In this document: piece by piece, positions 9,410-18,206 of the stretch
How positions within the stretch are numbered: the first letter of the stretch is position 1
How the letters are laid out: each line of letters begins with the position of its first letter
IMG/VR virus record: IMGVR_UViG_3300024999_002465
Coordinates: 1 to 55,069 of that record
DNA length: 55,069 bases
Source: a virus
Taxonomy: Duplodnaviria; Caudoviricetes
Reading direction: 5' to 3' (one strand)
Position numbers and translations under genes: made by a program
The notes under the pieces: model-generated
What the model was told of the DNA's origin: nothing
The model's input: only the letters and a program-made list of their open reading frames with translations
The model's database searches: none

Positions 9410-9841
9410 ATGTACATTTATGAAGCTAGTTGCATGACTTACTACCATAGAAATAATGAACTGCATAAAGCTAGTGGGTGGAGGAGATTATTAGACAAAT
9501 GGGCATACAATAATGGTGTTCAAACTTTCAATCCTGTTAAAACTTTCTTAAAAGAAATGAATCATACATATAGTGAAAAAATAATAGTAGATCAAAATAA
9601 TTACTACATTAATAAATCAGATATTTGTGTTGTTTGTATAAACGATATAGATTTTTCTCCAGGAACTATATTTGAATTAACGAGATTCAAAGAATTAGGT
9701 AAGCCAGTTATTGCATTTGGAGATCAAGGAAAACATTGGAGTCCACACATCAATTGTTGCATCAGTAATTATTGTGACACATTAGATGACGTAATAGAAT
9801 TATTAAATAATATGTTTGACCAGAATAATTTCGATAGTTAA
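9410..9841 (+). CDS. Nucleoside 2-deoxyribosyltransferase-like protein
   Basis: IY..., WR, FNP, SDI.VV, SPGTIFEL, KPVIAF. Confidence 0.7.
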   Translation: MYIYEASCMTYYHRNNELHKASGWRRLLDKWAYNNGVQTFNPVKTFLKEMNHTYSEKIIVDQNNYYINKSDICVVCINDIDFSPGTIFELTRFKELGKPVIAFGDQGKHWSPHINCCISNYCDTLDDVIELLNNMFDQNNFDS

Positions 9842-9871
9842 TATATTAGCAATATTAATAAGGAGAAACAA

Positions 9872-10264
9872 ATGAATTACTGTGAAAACATAAAATGCCA
9901 GAGAATTAGTTTATGTGACTATCCATGTGAACCATACACAGATTATATAATTAATTTATCATTTAATAAAAATAAAAAGGAGATTAAAATAATGGATGAT
10001 ACAAATATTGAAGATTTTTTAGAATATAATGTTTCAGATATTACATGGCTTCGTGTAATTAATCATCAAATTCCATATACAGAATTAATTAATAAAACAG
10101 GATTTCTTAATTTTCTTATAAGTGAAAATGAGAAATATTGCGAAGAAAATGGTTTATGTACAATATGTAGGAATCCTTTAGAGAAATTTGATAGTTATGA
10201 AGATGTCTGTGGAAGTCAGAGACTAGTGGAATCTGATTTTAGGTGTAGATATGGATGTAATTAG
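9872..10264 (+). CDS. Cys-rich hypothetical protein
   Basis: AAGGAG RBS; several Cys pairs. Confidence 0.6.
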   Translation: MNYCENIKCQRISLCDYPCEPYTDYIINLSFNKNKKEIKIMDDTNIEDFLEYNVSDITWLRVINHQIPYTELINKTGFLNFLISENEKYCEENGLCTICRNPLEKFDSYEDVCGSQRLVESDFRCRYGCN

Positions 10265-10276
10265 TATGAAATTCAA

Positions 10277-10546
10277 ATGTCCTGTAGCTATAATATAAAT
10301 AATTGTTCATCAAAAGAATATGGATTAACTTGTGAAACATGTTTTCATATGGATGATAATAAATACTTAGCAAATGCAATGCAAAATTATGATAAAATAC
10401 AGAAGTGGAAGATAGAGAATGGTTATAATGATATTTTTCCTGAAACTTCTGGTACTCCTACAGATCACGAAGATTGGATTAATGAATTTAGAAATTTTTG
10501 TATAGAAATTAATAGAAAACAAGGAACTCTTAATCCTAATTATTAA
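10277..10546 (+). CDS. Hypothetical protein
   Basis: ORF in operon context. Confidence 0.55.
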   Translation: MSCSYNINNCSSKEYGLTCETCFHMDDNKYLANAMQNYDKIQKWKIENGYNDIFPETSGTPTDHEDWINEFRNFCIEINRKQGTLNPNY

Positions 10547-10564
10547 ATATGAGGGGAATAAATA

Positions 10565-10840
10565 ATGATTATTGATCCAGGACGAAATAGTTGCAAAATA
10601 TGGCTTGTAAACAAAAGTAAAATGCAAAACATAAATGGAAATCCCGAAGAATGTGTTGATAGAATTATAAAATATGCGGTTAAATCTGTTTTAGACAAAG
10701 AGAGTGGAATAGAGGAAAAAGTTCAATGGTGTAAAATTAGATTAGATGTTACGGGTAGTGTTGGGAAATTGTATGCTGATTTGTTTAGAAATAAAGGTAT
10801 TGAGTTTGATGCTGTGAAGATTGTTTTGGATGTTGTTTAG
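10565..10840 (+). CDS. Hypothetical protein
   Basis: GAGGGG RBS; last gene of the + operon. Confidence 0.6.
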   Translation: MIIDPGRNSCKIWLVNKSKMQNINGNPEECVDRIIKYAVKSVLDKESGIEEKVQWCKIRLDVTGSVGKLYADLFRNKGIEFDAVKIVLDVV

Positions 10841-10857
10841 GATTAATCATAAAATCT

Positions 10858-11790
10858 CTAAGATCCATCACACCTAACAATAACCTCGTTAATCCCACAA
10901 TTTTCAGGCAAACAATCTACAATCATACTAAGATATTTTACCTCAATCCAATCTACAGCAAATTCACTTGAGCAATTAAGTATTAATTTTGTCTCCTGTA
11001 TTTCTGGTCTAAGTGGTAATATCCATGCAGACATTGAAGCAGGAGACAATTTCATTTTCAAGTTATCCACAACCTCTTCCCACACGCGATTATTAATAAG
11101 ATACGTATTATCTCTGTAAGTAGTCTCTGGTAATGCTTGCACTATTTCGCTAGTTGCATTGCATATTTGCGGAGATGCATTTCCGTTTTCCGAGAATGCA
11201 ATTATGCCTTCAGCCCCATATTCTATGCCATTATTGTTTTTCGGCTGTGCAATCTCACATTTTGAAGATGCATTTCCGTTTAATGATGTTTGCATTTCCA
11301 CATTCCGAGATTGCTTTTTCTTGTGGATAACTTCCATAAGAGTTTCAAAATTAATTGGACTAGAATATCCATCTAAGACATAGTTATGTTCTAACAGATC
11401 AAGCTGTATTGCTAAAATATTAACACGATATTGTATGGTTCTATCTCTGCGATCAAGAGGATTAGTTCTCTCAGATAAGAATCCTTTGCTTACCAATTCT
11501 TTAATATGTGTTCGCATTGCAGTATGTTTTAATCTAAGTAAAGTTTCCTCTGATAGTTGTTCTGAACTCTTGTATATCCATCCATTTTTCAATTCAGATT
11601 TGTATTCATAGCCACATCTTTCAGCCTGAGTTCTTTCTTCTAAAACAAATTGATCATAATCTTTAGTTCTCTCTGACCAATATATGAATTGCTGAAGAAT
11701 AACTGCTTTAATATAATCACCTGTTATGCAAACTAATTCCTCTTTAATTGGTACACGTTTTAATTTCTTTGGGTCTTTAATAATGCTCAT
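10858..11790 (-). CDS. Replication initiator: N-terminal winged helix plus C-terminal DnaA N-terminal-like domain
   Basis: AVILQQFIYW..., WIYKSSEQLSEE...LVSKGFL...TIQYRVN; C-terminal VWEEVVDNLK.KLS.ASM.AWI.PL...SEFAVDWIE.KY. Start ATG 11790 after GGAGAGAAGG. Confidence 0.85.
   Translation of the reverse strand: MSIIKDPKKLKRVPIKEELVCITGDYIKAVILQQFIYWSERTKDYDQFVLEERTQAERCGYEYKSELKNGWIYKSSEQLSEETLLRLKHTAMRTHIKELVSKGFLSERTNPLDRRDRTIQYRVNILAIQLDLLEHNYVLDGYSSPINFETLMEVIHKKKQSRNVEMQTSLNGNASSKCEIAQPKNNNGIEYGAEGIIAFSENGNASPQICNATSEIVQALPETTYRDNTYLINNRVWEEVVDNLKMKLSPASMSAWILPLRPEIQETKLILNCSSEFAVDWIEVKYLSMIVDCLPENCGINEVIVRCDGS
11063..11330. other. Probable replication origin inside rep: iteron-like repeats bracketed by DnaA boxes
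   Basis: TTATCCACA 11063-11071; TGTGGATAA 11322-11330; AGATGCATTTCCGTTT at 11173 and 11266; partial TGCATTTCC at 11291. Confidence 0.7.
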
Positions 11791-11834
11791 AATAAAAACC
11801 TTCTCTCCATGTTTTGCCAACAACAAAAACACAC

Positions 11835-11940
11835 TAGACAGAAGGTTTTCTTTTTGTTATAATAAAAATACAAATGAAAACAACCTCTGCTGTGGCTCCT
11901 TGAAGTGCTAGTTTGGTCGCGAACACTTCAAGGAGTTTTT
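11835..11940 (+). ncRNA. Candidate counter-transcribed antisense RNA (~70 nt) in rep leader, with its promoter
   Basis: TAGACA-17-TATAAT (11835-11863); hairpin CTCCTTGAAGTG/CACTTCAAGGAG with TTTGGTCG in the loop, followed by a T-tract. Confidence 0.7.
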
Positions 11941-12017
11941 GCTATTATTCTTTTGCTAAAAATTAACATTAATATGGGTTGGACATGTTAATACATTATA
12001 CTACAAATCGACAAGGC

Positions 12018-12069
12018 TGTGTATAAGTTTCTAAAATTTCTAGAGATTTTATTATGCACATGTGGATAA
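12018..12069. promoter_or_regulatory. Three DnaA boxes upstream of rep
   Basis: TGTGTATAA 12018, TTATGCACA 12052, TGTGGATAA 12061; all fit TTATNCACA. Confidence 0.75.
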
Positions 12070-12106
12070 ATTATTGGGGTCGGATGATACTGATAATAAA
12101 TAGAGA

Positions 12107-12156
12107 AAAATAAGCACTACTCAACACTTAAATGTGCAATTGAGTAGTGCTTTTAT
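12107..12156 (-). terminator. Intrinsic terminator after parR (possibly bidirectional)
   Basis: AAGCACTACTCAA / TTGAGTAGTGCTT stem with A/T tracts. Confidence 0.8.
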
Positions 12157-12173
12157 AAATTCAGTCAAATTAA

Positions 12174-12548
12174 TCACTCAGACATAAGATTGTTCATAGT
12201 CTTAAGAAAAACACTGTCTTTCTTTTTATCAACGACTTCAACTTCAGGAATTTCCTCAATTTGTTCAGGTTGCTCCACAATAACTTCACTTTTCTTTCTA
12301 GTTTTTCTTGGATTTACACTATTTACAGAAACCTTAATATTGCCTGACACAATGTTATCTGTGATTTTTTCATTAAATTCATCCAGTTTAAGCTTTTTTG
12401 GATAATAATCCATGTAAAATTTTAAACAAGTTTTAACCAGTTGTGAATTAGAAATTCCTTGTTCTTCCATTTGATTTACATAATCAATTAGAATTGTATC
12501 ATTTTTTGAACTAAGATTTGTGCCAACATATTTCCTTAAGCTACCCAT
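12174..12548 (-). CDS. parR: ParR-like centromere-binding adaptor
   Basis: Directly after parM; RHH-like N-terminus (SNSQLVKTCLKFYM), disordered charged tail. Confidence 0.65.
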   Translation of the reverse strand: MGSLRKYVGTNLSSKNDTILIDYVNQMEEQGISNSQLVKTCLKFYMDYYPKKLKLDEFNEKITDNIVSGNIKVSVNSVNPRKTRKKSEVIVEQPEQIEEIPEVEVVDKKKDSVFLKTMNNLMSE

Positions 12549-12550
12549 AA

Positions 12551-13528
12551 TTACTCATCCAAATCCCAATATTGTTTGCCACCATCAAGATACGCCAAAG
12601 CATTAGTCAATTGTGGATGTTCGCTAGATAATTTTGCTGTATTATCTAGTTTAATATTAAGATAAGGCAACAATATTTCAGCAGGGCCACCCATTACACA
12701 GGTTTCTAATGCTTGCTGTAAATCGAATGTTTGCTCTAAAGAAGAAATCACATTGTCGATATAATCTATAAGAATTTCATCTTTTGTCTTTTGCAAATCA
12801 TAACTTTGTTTCCGCAATGTAATTTCTGACCGTTTGAGATATTGCAATAATTCATGAGGCTTAAATTTAGTTCCATTTTTAGAATTAAAGGTCGTTGTCA
12901 TTTGTTCTAATATTTGATCAAAACCAAATTGCGTATAACTAACCTTGGAATCTAAAATCACTTCAGTATTTTCAGGGTTAATATCGTCACCTTTACGCCA
13001 CAATGAAGCATCTAAAGTTCCTCCACCAAAATCTAAAACCAATAGGGGATATTCATATTTTTCTTTTTGAGAATCAGTTATTCCAGATTGAATGTAACAA
13101 ATAGAATCAGTTATTTCAATATTAATATTGCCTCTACCATCACCGATATTAATTGTTTGTGGCCCCATAGTTTTTAACTTTTCAAGATATGCCATTGCAT
13201 GTTGTTTATAATACCCTGCAGGAGTACCAACAACTAGTTTTACTTTGATATCTTTACAGTTTGGAAAACTTAAGGCAATTGAAGTTAATGTACATAGGTC
13301 AAAATGTGCTGTAGTGTATTTATCTGGATTGATATAGGTTTTTCCTTCTGGATCTCCTACAAGATGACTTAAACCATCTTTTTTAACCAAGTGAGTGTTG
13401 CTTTTGAGTAGTCCATCACCCTCAGTATTAAACTTAATTCTTGCTCTTAATACTATCCCTTTGCTGGTTTTGTAATAAGAATTTCCTGCATCAAGCCCTA
13501 ATATTACTTCCTCATTCATTTCATTCAT
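12551..13528 (-). CDS. parM: ParM/StbA actin-like partition ATPase
   Basis: LGLDAGNSYYK, LVVGTPAG, VLDFGGGTLD, MGGPA, PQLTNA. Confidence 0.9.
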   Translation of the reverse strand: MNEMNEEVILGLDAGNSYYKTSKGIVLRARIKFNTEGDGLLKSNTHLVKKDGLSHLVGDPEGKTYINPDKYTTAHFDLCTLTSIALSFPNCKDIKVKLVVGTPAGYYKQHAMAYLEKLKTMGPQTINIGDGRGNINIEITDSICYIQSGITDSQKEKYEYPLLVLDFGGGTLDASLWRKGDDINPENTEVILDSKVSYTQFGFDQILEQMTTTFNSKNGTKFKPHELLQYLKRSEITLRKQSYDLQKTKDEILIDYIDNVISSLEQTFDLQQALETCVMGGPAEILLPYLNIKLDNTAKLSSEHPQLTNALAYLDGGKQYWDLDE

Positions 13529-13564
13529 TAATAAATTCCTCCTTAATCATATTTCAATATAATG

Positions 13565-13659
13565 TATTTTATCACTGATTGTGTACTATTGCAAGTATAC
13601 AATTGTATGTAAATATATCTACAGTTGTAGGTATATGTGTTTGTCTACAATTGTAAGTA
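13565..13659. repeat. parC-like repeats overlapping the parMR promoter
   Basis: TACTATTGCAAGTA 13584, TACAATTGTATGTA 13598, TACAGTTGTAGGTA 13620, TACAATTGTAAGTA 13646; minus-strand TTGCAA-17-TAAAAT. Confidence 0.7.
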
Positions 13660-13842
13660 TATTAATATAGACAGGTTTGTCTAATAAGACAAGTTTATTT
13701 GTATTAATATATCTACTAATTGGAAAGTCAGAAACTTCAGAGATGATTATTTTTTAAACATCAGGGTAAAGTAATACTAGAGGATGAGAAAAGTTAATTA
13801 TATAGAGGATATAAAGGGAATAGTTTAATGATTAATTTATTA

Positions 13843-13872
13843 AGTCCTGAGAAATCAGGGCTTTTTCTTTTT
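13843..13872 (+). terminator. Intrinsic terminator-like hairpin
   Basis: AGTCCTGA-GAAA-TCAGGGCT plus T-tract. Confidence 0.65.
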
Positions 13873-13964
13873 CCCATTTATTACATTTAATAAAAGTGTA
13901 ATAACGTACAATCCATCCTCAATAAGATTAAACATATCACAATCCATCAAAGGAGGATGTAACA

Positions 13965-14216
13965 TTGCTAACTGATAAACTCAACAAATCAGAGATTAAA
14001 GTTCTTCAAGTTCTTCAAGAATCAAATATCACTAATGATATGTCTGCTATGAAAATATCAACTTTATCGGAGAAAACTGGTTTAAGTTATTTCATTGTTA
14101 GAAATATTATCAAATCATTTTATATCGCTAATATATGTAAGAAGGGAAGAAGAGAGGGGAATGGAGAGACATATTATTTAAGTAAAGGGGTTGAAATTAT
14201 TGAAACAAAAACCTGA
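13965..14216 (+). CDS. Small winged-helix DNA-binding protein
   Basis: ISTLSEKTGLSYFIVRNIIK HTH, wing G.REGNGETYYLS; AGGAGG RBS. Confidence 0.7.
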   Translation: MLTDKLNKSEIKVLQVLQESNITNDMSAMKISTLSEKTGLSYFIVRNIIKSFYIANICKKGRREGNGETYYLSKGVEIIETKT

Positions 14217-14448
14217 ATGCAAAATTATTTGCAATCAAAATGACGATGATTTTAATTCTGTTTTTACTATTACTGACGAGGTTGCAAAATGTTTAATTAG
14301 AGCAAAAAGAGATTATTCTGCTAAAAATTACATTAGTGAAATTTGTGATATGGAATCTGTAGAAGAAGTTTTAAAATTAAGTTTAGGTTATGTAAATTTT
14401 ATATTTATTTATGAATGCGGAGGAGGAAAAGATTATGAAGAAACCTGA
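14191..14448 (+). CDS. Hypothetical protein
   Basis: Overlapping operon ORF. Confidence 0.6.
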   Translation: MKLLKQKPECKIICNQNDDDFNSVFTITDEVAKCLIRAKRDYSAKNYISEICDMESVEEVLKLSLGYVNFIFIYECGGGKDYEET

Positions 14449-14698
14449 AATTGGATTGGTTAAGAAGAAATTTTTTGATTGTTTTAAGTATCCAGAATTA
14501 AAGAAAATTATTATTCCTACTAGATGTCCTAATTTGAAGTGTGGGAGTAAGAATATTATCGGTAGAGGATTGGTTATAGGAATGGCTTATATTAATCTTA
14601 AAACTATGAATGTTGATGAATTAGGTGATGATTTTGAGATTTTGGATAAGGATAATTTAAAGTTTAGGTGTTTTGATTGTGGAGAGGATTGGGAATAG
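14435..14698 (+). CDS. Zinc-ribbon hypothetical protein
   Basis: CP..KCGS ... CFDCG; GGAGGAGG RBS before ATG 14435. Confidence 0.65.
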   Translation: MKKPEIGLVKKKFFDCFKYPELKKIIIPTRCPNLKCGSKNIIGRGLVIGMAYINLKTMNVDELGDDFEILDKDNLKFRCFDCGEDWE

Positions 14699-14717
14699 GG
14701 AAGAGAGGAATTTCATT

Positions 14718-14945
14718 ATGATTAAACAACTTATATCTGATGTTCAAAAGCAAATTCATAGCGTTTTTGTAGGCAGGGCAATTGTTAGACCACCATTTAT
14801 CAATGAAGAAGAATTAATCGATTTTACTGTTAAATTAACAGATATTGATAGGAAAACTGTGTCTAGGGTATTGGAAGCTGAATTTGTTTTTCTTAGATTG
14901 AAAGGAGTTGTTGGGCAAGAAAAAATCCCTCATATAGAGGGATAA
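14718..14945 (+). CDS. Hypothetical protein
   Basis: GAGG RBS plus ATG 14718. Confidence 0.6.
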   Translation: MIKQLISDVQKQIHSVFVGRAIVRPPFINEEELIDFTVKLTDIDRKTVSRVLEAEFVFLRLKGVVGQEKIPHIEG

Positions 14946-14947
14946 TC

Positions 14948-15034
14948 TTAATTCAATAAACTTGCTAATGTTAAAAGTCCTGAGTAAACCATTCCACTTC
15001 CTAAAAGAACGTAAGGTATCGCAACTAATGGCAT
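14948..15034 (-). CDS. 28-aa hydrophobic peptide (absent from ORF track)
   Basis: MPLVAIPYVLLGSGMVYSGLLTLASLLN*, preceded by AAGGAG. Confidence 0.65.
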   Translation of the reverse strand: MPLVAIPYVLLGSGMVYSGLLTLASLLN

Positions 15035-15065
15035 AATCTCATCTCCTTAAAATTAATTATGACTG

Positions 15066-15095
15066 TATTGTTACCAACAATCATAAAAAATATAC
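15066..15095 (-). promoter_or_regulatory. sigma-F/G-like forespore promoter for the peptide
   Basis: GTATA-15-GGTAACAATA fits the B. subtilis sigF consensus GYWTA-N15-GGnnAnAnTW. Confidence 0.5.
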
Positions 15096-15234
15096 AAAAA
15101 GAGATGAGATTATAAAATTGGGTATACTTATGCTAAATTTGTTCGGCATAACGAGTTATACCTAACAATATGCTACAGATCGTTCAATTTAGAACTCTTT
15201 TATTCTATTTCCTTAAAGTAAGGAGTGGTAATTT

Positions 15235-15576
15235 ATGTTAAAGAAAAATTCAATCAAAATCCACTTAAAAAAGCATTGGATTAAATATTTACAAGGAGGA
15301 CTAATGATTGGCTATTTTATCTTAATTGATTCTTCTATTGCACTGGGAGCAAAAAGTATTGAAGATACATCAGACCAATTTTACAGAAAAGTATTAGGTC
15401 TTGGTAGAGCAGTTATTTTAATCAAAGGAGGATTAGAAATAGTCCAACATTCCCTTGCCGGAGACTTCCAAGCTTCTAAAAAAACTGCTTTAAGTTATTT
15501 TGGTATGTATGCTCTTTTACTATTGCTTCCTTACGGCCTAGATCAAATTGATGCTTTAATAGGAGGATTAAAGTAA
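15235..15576 (+). CDS. TrbC/VirB2 pilin-like membrane protein
   Basis: Basic signal-like N-terminus ending ALG-A, then two hydrophobic helices. Confidence 0.5.
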   Translation: MLKKNSIKIHLKKHWIKYLQGGLMIGYFILIDSSIALGAKSIEDTSDQFYRKVLGLGRAVILIKGGLEIVQHSLAGDFQASKKTALSYFGMYALLLLLPYGLDQIDALIGGLK

Positions 15577-15818
15577 TGGTAAATTATGCTGATTGGTTTA
15601 CTACTGCTATAAAAACTGCACTTAAAGAAAGTGTTACTGAAAGCTTTAATTGGGCTATGACAGGGATAATTTCAAATATTGTATATATGTCTCACGCTGT
15701 TACTTTAATCGGTTGTGGGATACTTATAATCCTTTACATTGGGGGTTATAAGTCAGGATTACAGAAGGTTGGAATACTAATTATTAGCAACACAATGATC
15801 AAATATTTATTAGGATGA
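15576..15818 (+). CDS. Small two-TM membrane protein
   Basis: Coupled TAATG overlap; AVTLIGCGILIILYIGG and VGILIISN. Confidence 0.7.
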   Translation: MVNYADWFTTAIKTALKESVTESFNWAMTGIISNIVYMSHAVTLIGCGILIILYIGGYKSGLQKVGILIISNTMIKYLLG

Positions 15819-15830
15819 GGAGGTTATAAA

Positions 15831-18203
15831 ATGAAGGGAATTAAATTAAGCAATTATTTTAAAATCATTAATCCCGAATATGTTTATCTAAAATTAACTC
15901 CAAATAATTCCATTGAAAACAAAAGTACAGATCGAATTGCAAAATCAATTTCAACTATTTTTCAAGGTGTATCTCGCCATATTAAAGTAGAGGAAGGTAA
16001 ATTAATTAAATTATATCCATTTAAAAGACAATTTATGGTTGGAACTAAATACAGTTATCAATTACCAGAAAAAGTGTCTTATTTTATTTTTATTGAAAAA
16101 GAAAGTGTAGAATTCTATTTTATCATTCCAAAAAGTTACTTACCACTATTAAAAGAAAAGATTAAAGATTCATGGGCAAATGTCACTATTAAGGAAGTTG
16201 ATTCAATTCCTATATTTAGTGAAAAATCAACTAAGTATCAATTAGTTTATTCTAAAGAAAATGCACTTAGTTTATCTATTGATAAGCGTAGTAGTGAACT
16301 TCTTAGTTCAAATCTTAATGTCATAGATGTATTAGAGGATGATGATAAAGTAGGGATATTCTATAATTTTATCCCTACTAATCAATTTCCATGGAAATCT
16401 GAGTATAAAAACACGATTCAAAAAGTAAGAGATGGTTTACCAACTGACAGGCAAAAAGTAAGTGTGAATTTTATATTTAAATTCCTCATTGCTATTGTTG
16501 TTGAAATAAGTGATTTACTAGGAGAAGTTACTTCTGGTAAATCATCTAAAAAGAAAGGATTATCAACAGATAGTTTGGTTCAAATGGAAAAAGTTATTGA
16601 AAGGATGAATAAATCAGTAGTTAGTAAATCAACTTATTCTAAAGCAACAGACACCATATTGAACACTCAAATTATTATATTGTCAGAAAGCATAGATAAA
16701 TTAAGAGAAATTAATCATGCTAAAAGTTTATCTCAAAGTTTTGAGGTAATAAATGAAGATGATGGTGGTAACTCCCTAAAAGCAAAGTATTATAGTCAGA
16801 AATTTAATCCTACTGATTATTCTATAAAAGGAGCAGAAATTAATAAAATTTCATCTGGAGAATGTCAAAATTTTATTGCTTTAGCAGGTAGAAAAATTCT
16901 TGATAGATTTAATTTTATTGATAAAGTTAATACTCAAGAAACACAAGTTCCTGAAGATTTAAGAACAGGTATTATGTGTGTAGGAACAAACACATATAGA
17001 GGAATTATACAGGAAGCATTTCTTAGTACAGATAAAGAATATCAGCAATTGTGTTTGGTCTTGGTTGGGCCTACTAGAAGTGGTAAGAGTATATTAATTC
17101 AGAACCTCGCAAAAAATGCAATGGAGCATAATGAATGCTGTTTAATATTTGATTTCATAGAAAACTGTGAATTATCAATGGAAATTGCTAGTGTATTTCC
17201 TGATGATAGAGTTAAAATTATTGAATGTGGAGATATAAGCAAACTTCAAGGACTTGGATACAATGAAGTGGGAATAGATTCTGATGTATTTATTCAATAT
17301 GATAATGCTAAAAAACAAACTACTCAATTATTAACTCTTATCAATTCTGTTAATTCAGATGAAAAAACTCTTGCTCCAAGGATGGAGAGGTATCTTACGG
17401 CATCTTCATTAATCACATTTATTCAAGGAGGAAATATTAAAGATGTTTTCGATGTTTTAGTAGATCATTCAGTAAGAAGTAATTTTATTCACAATGCTCC
17501 TTCTAATCAGAAAGAGAATTTATCAGAGTACATTTCTGCACTTGAAGAATTAGATGAAGTAAATAAGGAAGGATATGTAACTGGCACAAAACATTCTTAT
17601 ATTACAGGAATTTTAGATCGTTTGCAAAAACTTAAATCTAATACCTATATGGAATTAATGCTGAAAAAGGGAACTGAAGATAATATTAATTTAATTGATG
17701 AAATTCAAAAACCACAATTAATATGCCTTAGAATGCCCGAATCAATGTTTGGGACTGATACAGAAAGGGACGTATACTGCACTTATTGGATGACAAAATT
17801 ATGGCTATCATTGCAATTAAGAGCAGAAAAATTTAGAGATAAAAACGACAGAGTAAAGGTCAATCTTTTTATTGACGAGCTTTATCAAGTTAATCATACA
17901 GAATTGTTTCTGACTGAAAAATTAAGTAGATTAGCTAAATTTAGATTAAAACCTATTATATCGTGTCATTATTTAAATCAAATTAAAGGTATTAGAGATG
18001 AGTTACGAAGTGCAAATGCGAGTTATATGTTGCTATCTGGTTGTGACAAGCAAAATTATAATGAATTAAAGGATGAACTTCAACCTTATGAGATGGAAGA
18101 TTTATTAAAATTGCCAAGATATCATAGTTTAAATTTAATTAAATGCAAAGAAGGATATTCAAAGTTTATTACCAAATTACCTGCTCCTATAAAGGGTGTG
18201 TGA
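15831..18203 (+). CDS. TrwB/VirD4/HerA-superfamily P-loop ATPase (coupling-protein-like)
   Basis: Walker A GPTRSGKS, LIFD, Walker B LFIDE, AKFRLKPIISCHYLNQI, LPRYH. Confidence 0.8.
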   Translation: MKGIKLSNYFKIINPEYVYLKLTPNNSIENKSTDRIAKSISTIFQGVSRHIKVEEGKLIKLYPFKRQFMVGTKYSYQLPEKVSYFIFIEKESVEFYFIIPKSYLPLLKEKIKDSWANVTIKEVDSIPIFSEKSTKYQLVYSKENALSLSIDKRSSELLSSNLNVIDVLEDDDKVGIFYNFIPTNQFPWKSEYKNTIQKVRDGLPTDRQKVSVNFIFKFLIAIVVEISDLLGEVTSGKSSKKKGLSTDSLVQMEKVIERMNKSVVSKSTYSKATDTILNTQIIILSESIDKLREINHAKSLSQSFEVINEDDGGNSLKAKYYSQKFNPTDYSIKGAEINKISSGECQNFIALAGRKILDRFNFIDKVNTQETQVPEDLRTGIMCVGTNTYRGIIQEAFLSTDKEYQQLCLVLVGPTRSGKSILIQNLAKNAMEHNECCLIFDFIENCELSMEIASVFPDDRVKIIECGDISKLQGLGYNEVGIDSDVFIQYDNAKKQTTQLLTLINSVNSDEKTLAPRMERYLTASSLITFIQGGNIKDVFDVLVDHSVRSNFIHNAPSNQKENLSEYISALEELDEVNKEGYVTGTKHSYITGILDRLQKLKSNTYMELMLKKGTEDNINLIDEIQKPQLICLRMPESMFGTDTERDVYCTYWMTKLWLSLQLRAEKFRDKNDRVKVNLFIDELYQVNHTELFLTEKLSRLAKFRLKPIISCHYLNQIKGIRDELRSANASYMLLSGCDKQNYNELKDELQPYEMEDLLKLPRYHSLNLIKCKEGYSKFITKLPAPIKGV

Positions 18204-18206
18204 TTT

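Noticed and set aside
13584-13659. CRISPR-like array
   Set aside because: Repeats are 14 bp with 0-12 bp gaps and there are no cas genes; better explained as parC
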